A stretch of DNA of 64,000 nucleotides from Oikopleura dioica (Eukaryota > Animalia > Chordata): contig OU015569.1 in the NCBI GenBank assembly GCA_907165135.1, positions 8,990,001-9,054,000 on the forward strand, given 5' to 3'. Shown here in pieces: positions 12,345-21,978 of the stretch. Every line of letters begins with the position of its first letter. Within the stretch, counting starts at the first letter, position 1. A program made the position numbers and the translations under genes. Below the pieces are notes generated by a model, which worked only from the letters and a program-made list of their open reading frames with translations, was not told where the DNA came from and ran no database searches.

Positions 12345-14681
12345 ATGTCGTTTGGATATAATTTCAAGAAAATTACAGTCGTCCAGCCGGCCAAAGAATT
12401 TATCGACTCTACTCTCTCCAAGACGCAACGAAAGACTCCAACGGTCATTCACAAGGAACGCGCTTCTCATTAGCTTTGGATTGGTTGTACAATTTTCTGT
12501 TTTGTTACTTGTAATTTTTATCGTTCAAAGGTTGCAAATATGAACGCTCCTAAAGCATCTCCCGATCTCTCGAATCAGAGGGTTCTACCTTCGCAAGGTC
12601 AAGTATACCCAGCAAAACTTTCATGATCGGCTCGAGATGATGCTGACTGAATTCCCTCGATTGGAAGACATTCATCCCTTCTACTCTGATCTGATGGGTG
12701 TTCTCTACGATCGCGATCACTACAAGCTTGCACTTGGTCAAATCTCTACCGCAAAGCATCTCATCGGTAAAGAATAACTTTTAATGCCGAGTGTAAATAT
12801 TCTTAAGATGCCGTGGCGAGAGATTACGGAAGACTTTTGAAATTCGGAGACTCATTATATCGCTGCAAACTATTGAAGACAGCTGCACTTGGTAGAATGT
12901 GCACGATTATAAAACGACAGAAAGCGAACCTTGAATACCTCGAAGAAGTAAGGAAGCCTTTTTGTCGTGGGTTCTGAGCTTATTTTAAGGTTCGACAACA
13001 TCTTTCTCGTCTGCCATCTATTGATCCTACCGCCCGAACGCTTCTTTTGGCTGGTTTCCCGAACGTTGGAAAGTCTTCTTTGATTAACTTGTTGACGCGA
13101 GCTGACGTTGAGGTGCAGCCCTATGCATTTACCACCAAGTCTCTACGTCGGACACATGGACTATAAGTACCTTAAATGGCAGGTCATCGATACTCCGGGT
13201 ATTCTTGATCACGAGCTCGAGGAGCGAAACACCATCGAATGGCAGTCCGTTACGGCGCTTGCTCATCTCAAAGCTGCTATCGTCTACATTGTTGATATCT
13301 CTGGTAAGAACTAGCTTTATTAAGTATTGTTAATTGTGTTTATAGAACAATGCGGAACCCCGATTGAAACTCAGATTGCTCTCTTCAAGAAAATCAAGCC
13401 CTTGTTTGCCAACAAGCCAGTTTGTGTGATGCTCAACAAAATTGACATCACTCCCTTCGACAAGCTGACTCCGGAGAACCAGGAAATGATTAATGATTTC
13501 CTCAAGACTGAGGGTGTCAAATTTTACAAAACATCTAATGTCTCCAAAGAAGGCATCATGGACATGCGAAATGCTGCATGCGATGAGCTGTTGGTCCAGG
13601 TAGACGATCAATTTTCAAGAGCCACCTAATCTTATAATTTTAAGCGGGTGGAAGCCAAGCTTAGAGGACGACAAGCAGACAACATCTTGAACAGGGTCTA
13701 TGTTGCTCAGCCAAAGAAACGAGACGATGTTGAAAGACCAGCAGTGATACCTGGCAATGCTCCTCAACTGCGAGAAGAAGCTGATGCACGACCGAAGATA
13801 AGAACTGAGCGTGACATTGAGCTCGAACTTGATGTAAAAATTTTAAACAAATTCTTCTTTCTTACATCGGTTTAGGACGAGTACATGTTAGATCTCCGCA
13901 AGACTTGGGATTTGAAGAACGCCGAGGAGGCTGCAGATGCTATCCCTGAAATTTGGGAAGGAAAGAATATCGCTGACTTCGTCGATAAGGATATTATGGA
14001 AAAGCTGGCTGCATTGGAGGCAGAAGAGGAAGAGCGTGAGAAGAGTGGTTTCTACAACATTGACGTTGAGATGGATAGTGATGACGAGGAAATCCGAGAG
14101 CTCGCGAAGGTTATAAGAAGAAAACGAAAGATCCGAAAGCTTGAAGAGAAAGTGGACCGAGCTCCGATCGGACGAGCTGCTCTGCCTAGAAAGAATGATG
14201 TAATATTTTGTGTCGGTATATGATATTTTACATATTTTATTAGAAACAACTGGAGGCCAACATGAAGGACCTTGGCCTTGGTGAACACATAGAGCGTGGA
14301 AGAGGAAATTATAAGGAGTCCATCCACCGTGGTCGATCAATGGCCCGTAAGCGAATGAAGAACAATGACGGCGATGCTATGGACGTTGATGGTGATTCAG
14401 GCTCCTTGGCAAGGAGCAAGTCTCGAAACCGATCGCAGAGTCATGTTCGAGGACCAGCAAGAAACCAGAGTGGCGTTAGACCCGCTGAGGTTTATTGAAT
14501 TATTGACGACTCTTCGTTAAAGCTTCTTTAGGTGGCAAAGGCAGAGAAGCTTCGAAAGAAGGCCCAGAAGACCATCAACCAAGATTCACGAAGAGGTGAA
14601 GCTGATAGAAGGTTCTTGGACAAGAAACCGAAACACTTGTTCTCTGGAAAGCGAGGAAATGGCACTAACGATCGACGATAA
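12345..14681 (+). CDS. GTPBP4: Nucleolar GTP-binding protein 1 (NOG1)
   Basis: [13 protein letters not shown]...[13 protein letters not shown]1 [34 protein letters not shown]; ends [21 protein letters not shown]. Confidence 0.96.
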
Positions 14682-15068
14682 GCGTGGTTTTATGATGGAA
14701 ACTGTTATGATAGAGCGGCTAATAAATTTCTTGTCAGAGAAAAATGTAGTTATATTTCTGAGCTTGCACTTTTGAAGTAATGGTCAGACTCAAAGTGATT
14801 AACTGTCGTACTTTATATCAACTCTGAAGAGTCTGCAACTACATAGTTAGCTTTCATGATCAGATTCTGATCTGCAACATGATCAATGGCTTCTTATGTA
14901 TGCCTGCAAATATAAAAAGGATTTTATCAAGATCGCAGATTCTAGTGATTTGAATATATTATCCGCAAGTGGCAGTAAGTGAGTGCAGTAAGATATGAGT
15001 GAATTTCTTGCCAGCAATTTGGAATGTGAAAGTAAACATGTCACGCGGTGAATGTGAGGTGCCTCCAG

Positions 15069-16216
15069 TTAGGCTTGAATGTGTGATCGACTAATAGTCT
15101 TCGACATGGAGGGAGCACCGGAGCGGCCGGGAAGGTTAGCTACTTTTTGTGTTTCATATTTTTCATTAAAAATTTTCGACGGACACAACTAAGGTCAAAT
15201 GGAACATTCCTGGAGCAGATAAAAGCATGGATTGACGACTTGGGACGTAGTTTTCATCCTCTTCCTTCAATTCCGCATCGCTTCCGACTAAGAAAGATTT
15301 GATTACAGTTAAGTCGACGCCGGTACCTATCGCGATGTAGGTCTCCACGAAGGGTTCATCTACCGCCGCCGCCCATTTTTCTCGTTCAGCGGATGTCACA
15401 GTCTAAAACAGGGTTTAACATTAAAGACTGTTGTGTGTACCTTGAAGTCGATCGTATTTTTCTTGAGTCGTTTGTTGTTGATCTTGGCAAGATTCTTGCC
15501 GTTTGTCTTCAACTCGTGGTAATTTTTGGTCATCTCAGTTTCCCAATTTCGAAAAATTTCCTCGTCTCCTTGGATGCCGTAAGTGACGTTTTGCATCTCC
15601 TCGGCTTCGAAGTTGTTTTCCCACACTTTTTGCCCCTTGTCAAGACATTCCCAAAGTTCTTCCGCTTCCCACTCAATCAATCCCTCGGCCTGAGCCGCGC
15701 AGATCTTCATGAACTGCCCTACAGTCACTTCTTCGTCCTTCATCTTCATTACTTCCCAATTATTCCCCGCAGGAGACCATCGTCGGCTTAATCAATTTAT
15801 AAAATCAAATCAAAAATAAATCAATTTGGATCGCTCCCCTGTAACGAGCTCACCTCAAAAGGTAGTGTCCCTTTTTGCGCTTCGTCGCCTCTTCCCAGGG
15901 ATCGTCGTGTTCCTCCCACTCAAGCTCTCTCAGAGTGATAAAGTCGAAGGCGATCGCCTTTCCGACTTTGGAGGGATGGAAGAAAAATCCCGCCGCCGCG
16001 AGTTTCTCGGGTTGGCAATTCGCATCTTCAGGAAATGGCCACTCTGAGTTCCTAGAGGTTAATTCTGAGAGTGCACGCGGGTTTGAAGTCTTACTTGAAG
16101 GAGGCTAGCCTCGATTCGTACCCGACCATATCCCTCGCATATCTCTTGAAGTCTTCAATTCTGCGACTGTACTCGAGAAAGATCTCATTGACTTTTTCTA
16201 GCCTGTTTGGGATCAT
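15069..16216 (-). CDS. Divergent survivin (BIRC5)-like single-BIR protein with C-terminal extension, ~309 aa
   Basis: Exons 16216-16095, 16051-15854, 15786-15441, 15402-15210 and probably 15139-15069 join in frame. They give YESRLASFKNSEWPFPEDANCQPEKLAAAGFFFHP...RELEWEEHDDPWEE...EEVTVGQFMKI, matching survivin [47 protein letters not shown]. If the last GA-AG intron is not used the stop is at 15166. Confidence 0.78.
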
Positions 16217-16239
16217 TTTCACCTGAATCTTCAAAAATA

Positions 16240-16375
16240 ATTTGTTTGAACTTCAAGTTTTGAACTTCAAGATCCTTTCCTGTTCATTTTTCTCTAAAAT
16301 TAGCGAATATTCCGCGCGCACGAGAAAGACAAATTCGCGCCTGCGATGTGATAGCAGTCAGCAGCCAATCAGAGT
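16240..16375 (-). promoter_or_regulatory. Probable cell-cycle-type promoter of the survivin-like gene
   Basis: CCAAT box (CAGCCAATCAGAG 16362-16374), E2F/CDE-like TTCCGCGCGC and TTCGCGC, tandem CHR-like TTTGAA motifs (~16245-16265), and a ttcag acceptor just before the ATG. Confidence 0.45.
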
Positions 16376-17166
16376 CGAGCCCTCGAACTCTGAATTTGTA
16401 AGCGTGTTGTTCGAACTTCGAGCAGACTCGTTGAAAGTTTTCGTGTCAGTTCCATTGTTCTTGATTGAATTCTTTGATCCCCTCCTATAAGAATTTCATC
16501 AAGTAATCGGCTGGGCCAATTTCAATAAGGAGTTGAGATTCGAAATCGTAGCACCCCCCTTTCTTGTGCTCATTAGAAAGAGCGCAAAAGTTACGCCAGA
16601 AAAAGTACTTTTAGAGGATGAGTCCCCGAAAATGACGTCACGATGACTCACTGAAGTTCCAAAAGTCCAAAACTTTGCCACGCTCTCATTTTTTTTCTAG
16701 AAATGGAAAATTTGAGTTCGATACAGGAAAATGATCGTCTTGAGCCACTCTACCTGAAGAGCTACATATAAAAGATCCACCTCTAGAAGAAAAATTTTTC
16801 TAGTTTTAGTTCTAGAGTTTTCTTGAGTTGGATCTTTCATATGTAGCTCTTCAGGGAGAGTGGCTCAAGACGATCATTTTTCTGTATCGAACTCAAATTT
16901 TCCATTTCTAGAAAAAATGAGAGCGTGGCAAAGTTTTGGATTTTGGAACTTCAGTGAGTCATCGTGACGTCATTTTCGGGGACTCATCCTCTAAAAGTAC
17001 TTTTTCTGGCGTAACTTTTGCGCTCTTTCTAATGAGCACAAGAAAGGGGGTGCTACGATTTCGAATCTCAACTCCTTATTGAAATTGGCCCTGCCGTTCC
17101 TACTGAAGGAGTGCTTGTTGATTTCACCATCGAATGAAGATCATCTTCTTAATTCTACGTTGAAAG
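16341..17166 (+). repeat. 826-bp direct repeat, copy 1 (copy 2 at 20894-21710)
   Basis: CTGCGATGTG...ACGTTGAAAG recurs at 20894-21710; the differences seen are homopolymer-length changes. Confidence 0.97.
16508..17096. mobile_element. Foldback/MITE-like element with ~270-bp inverted arms (copy 1)
   Basis: CGGCTGGGCCAATTTCAATAAGGAG... is the near-perfect reverse complement of ...CTCCTTATTGAAATTGGCCCTGCCG, with a ~50-bp spacer around 16780-16828; no TSD recognised. Confidence 0.85.
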
Positions 17167-20100
17167 TACTAGCTTCGACAATAATGGCCACCCCAAAATG
17201 CCCTGCCGAGCTAGTCTGTATAATATAGAACCTCACTGTATCTAAGCTACAACCTGCAAATATGAAGAGTCTCTGGGGGAAAGTCTCTAGCAGCAAGTTT
17301 ATTTCTCTGAACTTGGCGGCATAAACGGAGTATAAAATCGGTAACTCGGGCCGCACTCGACTGAGATGCGCCCGGTCGGTCGTTGGGTATTTATGGAGCG
17401 GCGGTGGCGATGGCCGCCCCGCTCGAAATCCATGCACAAAAGGCACAATGGGCAACGCACAGTTGCCGAAGCTAGCAACCCCTTGCATGGTTTCGATCGG
17501 CAAGGTGGTCGCCAGCAGCAACAGTGGCAATAATACAGGACAGGTGGAAAATACGGCATCTTCGCGTAGAACTGGACAATCGTGGTGGAATCTTGGCAGG
17601 AGCGATGTGAGGGAGACTGTAGCAGATCATCGAGCCGGAGCCGATTCCAGAGTCGTTCTGCAGGCGGAATTCGGATTTTGCTTTTTAAGGCAGCGACCCT
17701 GAGTTCGAAAACTCTAAATTTACTAAAGGATCGGTGCCCTGGTCCTGATTATTCAGAGCTGGCCGCGATGCCGGCGCTACCAAGCCTGATGTGGTAGGCG
17801 GCACGGGCCAGGTAGTTGTAGTTGTCATGGAGCATCCAAGTCAGTCGATTCAACGTTAGTTGCGACTGCGGAGCTCTTGGTAAGGTTATCAAAGTTGTTG
17901 GCGCGGGTGCAACCGCCGCGATCGCGGCCGGTGCATGGCAGTTCTTGTTGGTGCCAGAGCACTCGCCGCGGTAGCGGTCGGTGCTAGGCTATTTTGTGAG
18001 TCAAAGGAGCGTCTCAGCTTGTCAATTTTGACAATAATGCAGAGTACGAACTCCCGAGTAGCTTGTGAAAATGATTGGTGCCCGAGCACTCGCCGCAATG
18101 CGGTCGTTGCTCAGGAAACTGTTGGAGGTACTGGAGCCGATGTAATCCGAGAGAGCGCGTGAAAATCACTGTATATCTGAGTTCAAGGTTTATCCAGCTG
18201 TCTAACCGTGTATCACCCCTGGACAGAAGGGTACACTTTCTACTCAATATCCGAAAAAATTTTTTTCCCGATTCAGTGTACTCGAAGCAGTAATACAAGC
18301 AGTGCGAGTACTCTGCTGAGTCACATCTTCTCATTTTGATTATCAGGCGCGCACCCGACCGGGCACTCGCCAGAAAGGTTTTGTCGAGACTTCTTCTCGT
18401 GACAAATAGCTTCGAAAATCGAGTTTGAGGCATTTTACGCTCAGTAGAAAAATTAAATTCGTCAGGGGCACCTTCAATCAGCGGTTTCCGCATAATTGGT
18501 GGCGTATGGATAGTTGGGGCAAAGGTTTTCTCATGGAGGTGAAGTTGAGCACCTGACCTAGTTTAGGTAGACGCACGTCTTATTGAGCATATTGAGAGGA
18601 CTTTGAGAAATACCTTATTACCGGCGTAAAATTTCGATTCTTCGAATTTAGCAGAGAAAATGTTGAATCAATAATAGGATGGTAGATATGATTATGAAAA
18701 TTGCTAGTCAGCTGAGAATGGGAATCGTGATATGATGACTTCCCTTCGAGTCAGAACATGGATACCAATATGAGTTGGTATTATCAACCATACAGGCTCA
18801 TAAAAGGTGATTTACATTTGAATAAGCGTACTATTCGCCGCTTTTATTTCAAAGTCGAAATTTTGAAAGGGCGTTCTCAGAATATTGATTTTCGGACTAA
18901 GCCAGTAAATAAGTTTGACATGAAATGAAAGTAGGTTTGTCAACTTAAACCAATCCACACACAAGCGCAACATCGTTGTCGCTGGTGGAAAGATCGTCAT
19001 TGTAAAATTTTACTAGTAAAAACTTGAAGCCGACGATTGTGGCATTTGATTGACCATTGGACCATGCCACGACCAGGTTAGGTTCTAGTGGCTGGTCTCC
19101 AATGACCGCTACACAATGCGTCTCGGTCATTTGTAGAGGGAGAGCGCTAAATCTGGTATTCGCATGAACTACCCGCTCTTGATTTATTAAAAATTTATAG
19201 AGGCATAAGGTTTTGGTCGGAGAACTTTCTCGACGACCCCTTGCCTATATTATGGACTGGTCAGTACTAGCAGTTACCGCTTTCCTCAACATTTATCATT
19301 ACTATTGGTCTGTTGGTACTAGCGATCGTAACCGCGTTCCACGAACCATTATATTGCGGTTACAAGGCTTTTCTTAGCCGTTCTACCCCTTCGGTAGTAT
19401 AAACCGACTTTGGAAATATCATGGTTCGACACAGCTCGAATTAAGATTGCTGACTACGCACCGCAGTCCTGGCGAATCGGTCTGCGAAACTTTCAGGATC
19501 CTAAGAGCATCGAAACCGTCGCGAGAGGATGACTGATTTTTCATCTTTACAAGATATCTTAAAAATTGATTTATGAGAACCGATTGAAATGTATGGAAAT
19601 CTGTGATATCAGCAGTCTCGAATTATTCGAAACACTTTTGCTGATACACTTGTTGAATGTGTAAGTCCTTTGATAAGGTAAATGATGGACAAGCACTTAT
19701 GATTCTACCTTTGAATCAATGTAGAAGTTCCACTCCGCTCTCCCTAAAGGGTTGAGAGGGCGTGGTTTTCTGACCATTCATTGCCCTTTGGAAAGTAAGG
19801 CTTTGTTATTGATAGACATTTCGGTTTAGTAGGGGCATAGAAAGCATGTATCGTGAAACAAAAAGACCGAAAAATATCATATGCCTACCTCTCCAGCGAC
19901 TTTAAAAACTTTTGAATTTTTGAAAACTTGTTGTGCGCATGGAATTTCAATTTTTATCGATGAATTCCGTTTGGGCTAGGGGCTACAACTGGAGCGCGCG
20001 TGTAGTTTCACCCTCGATGGACCTGATAACTAGTATTTCGCCGTTAGGTCTCCATCACCCGCGCAAATGAATTTTGAAACGTATCGCGCGATCATTTGAT

Positions 20101-20894
20101 GGACCACCGAGCCAGTGTTTTGCTCTTGCTGGTCTCGATCGCGCGCGAAAAATCTTTGGAAATTTCCCGCGCGGCGGTTAGGCCGACGCGGGTGGCCGAT
20201 GCGCGAACGACCGTTGGGTTCACGTCGCGGGCGTTGCTGACGTGGCAGGGGGCTACTCGCCCTCTGATTGGCTGAGCGCGTTATCGGTTATGTAATCCTA
20301 ACAATTTACTGTATTGCCGGATCTTGCACAGTACCCACACAGTAAATATTACTGTGCGTGTCTGCTCCCTAACTTGAGTCGAAGTCCAGTCTTTGTTTGC
20401 TAGGATCAGTGGGTATATTTTAGTATTAATTATTTGAATATGTATAAAATGATTTTCAGCGAAAGATTATTTATAATATTTCGGGGAAAATCACTGTATT
20501 GACTCTCTTAGATTTATAGACTAAGGAGTCAGAAACTCAAAGAATATCTGACACCAGGGCTCGAAATCCCACTTCTGACACCAATACTAGCTTCGACAAT
20601 AATGGCCACCCCAAAATGCCCTGCCGAGCTAGTCTGTATAATATAGAACCTCACTGTATCTAAGCTACAACCTGCAAATATGAAGAGTCTCTGGGGGAAA
20701 GTCTCTAGCAGCAAGTTTATTTCTCTGAACTTGGCGGCATAAACGGAGTATAAAATCGGTAACTCGGGCCGCACTCGACTGAGATGCGCCCGGTCGGTCG
20801 TTGGGTATTTATGGAGCGGCGGTGGCGATGGCCGCCCCCGCTCGAAATCCATGCACAAAGGCACAATGGGCAACGCACAGTTGCCGAAGCTAGC
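17167..20894 (-). mobile_element. Non-autonomous LTR retrotransposon (LARD-like), ~3.7 kb
   Basis: ~310-bp LTRs at 20585-20894 (5') and 17167-17477 (3'), identical except for homopolymers, with inverted termini TGCTAGCTTCG...CGAAGCTAGTA. PBS TGGTGTCAGAAGTGGGATT follows the 5' LTR and a short AAGGGG tract precedes the 3' LTR. TATA-like CATAAATA and AATAAA lie inside the LTR on the minus strand. No gag/pol ORF. Confidence 0.88.
20565..20583 (-). promoter_or_regulatory. Primer-binding site complementary to the tRNA-Leu 3' end
   Basis: The plus strand reads AATCCCACTTCTGACACCA, matching the conserved 3' end of eukaryotic tRNA-Leu including CCA, 1 nt from the LTR edge. Confidence 0.85.
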
Positions 20895-21710
20895 TGCGAT
20901 GTGATAGCAGTCAGCAGCCAATCAGAGTCGAGCCCTCGAACTCTGAATTTGTAAGCGTGTTGTTCGAACTTCGAGCAGACTCGTTGAAAGTTTTCGTGTC
21001 AGTTCCATTGTTCTTGATTGAATTCTTTGATCCCCTCCTATAAGAATTTCATCAAGTAATCGGCTGGGCCAATTTCAATAAGGAGTTGAGATTCGAAATC
21101 GTAGCACCCTTTCTTGTGCTCATTAGAAGAGCGCAAAGTTACGCCAGAAAAAGTACTTTTAGAGGATGAGTCCCCGAAAATGACGTCACGATGACTCACT
21201 GAAGTTCCAAAGTCCAAAACTTTGCCACGCTCTCATTTTTCTAGAAATGGAAAATTTGAGTTCGATACAGGAAAATGATCGTCTTGAGCCACTCTACCTG
21301 AAGAGCTACATATAAAAGATCCACCTCTAGAAGAAAAATTTTTCTAGTTTTAGTTCTAGAGTTTTCTTGAGTTGGATCTTTCATATGTAGCTCTTCAGGG
21401 AGAGTGGCTCAAGACGATCATTTTTCTGTATCGAACTCAAATTTTCCATTTCTAGAAAAAATGAGAGCGTGGCAAAGTTTTGGATTTTGGAACTTCAGTG
21501 AGTCATCGTGACGTCATTTTCGGGGACTCATCCTCTAAAAGTACTTTTTCTGGCGTAACTTTTGCGCTCTTTCTAATGAGCACAAGAAAGGGGGTGCTAC
21601 GATTTCGAATCTCAACTCCTTATTGAAATTGGCCCTGCCGTTCCTACTGAAGGAGTGCTTGTTGATTTCACCATCGAATGAAGATCATCTTCTTAATTCT
21701 ACGTTGAAAG
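20894..21710 (+). repeat. Direct repeat copy 2 (817 bp), including a second copy of the foldback element (21061-21640)
   Basis: Same sequence as 16341-17166 with shorter homopolymer runs. Confidence 0.97.
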
Positions 21711-21978
21711 CGAGGGCAGGCGCCTTGCGAAATTTAAGACGGTTAAATTCAAATAATTTCCACAACACAATTTGCGATCTTACCAACGATATCGTTCACA
21801 TCGTTTTCGTGTTTTTGAAAAGGGCAACGAATTTTTGAACATCTGCTGAGCGAGTCGTCTTCCTCGGCGAGATGCCGGCTCTTCAGTTTAAGTTTTTATA
21901 AGTTTGAGCTCACTTATTTTAATTTTTTCTTTCCATTTTTAGTTTTTTCCTCTAAGTTCGTTTTGATTTTTCGCACAA

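Noticed and set aside
14785-14836. C/D-box-like stem (CAGACTC..GTGATTA..CTGA..GAGTCTG) downstream of NOG1
   Set aside because: Imperfect box C and only ~22 nt between the boxes, too short for a guide snoRNA.
15058-15120. Hairpin downstream of the survivin-like gene as an ncRNA
   Set aside because: It overlaps a probable last coding exon (15139-15069) that explains the GC content.
18400-18470. Hammerhead ribozyme core (CUGACGA on the minus strand) in the retroelement
   Set aside because: No correctly placed stem II plus GAAA and no cleavage-site pairing found.
20547-20583. tRNA-Leu gene
   Set aside because: Only the 3' 19 nt with encoded CCA are present, adjacent to an LTR, so this is a PBS.
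16341-21710. DIRS/Ngaro split-direct-repeat element, or X acting as outer LTRs
   Set aside because: The order X-L-internal-L-X does not fit A-internal-B-A-B, no tyrosine recombinase is present, and the PBS and purine tract sit against the inner 310-bp repeats.
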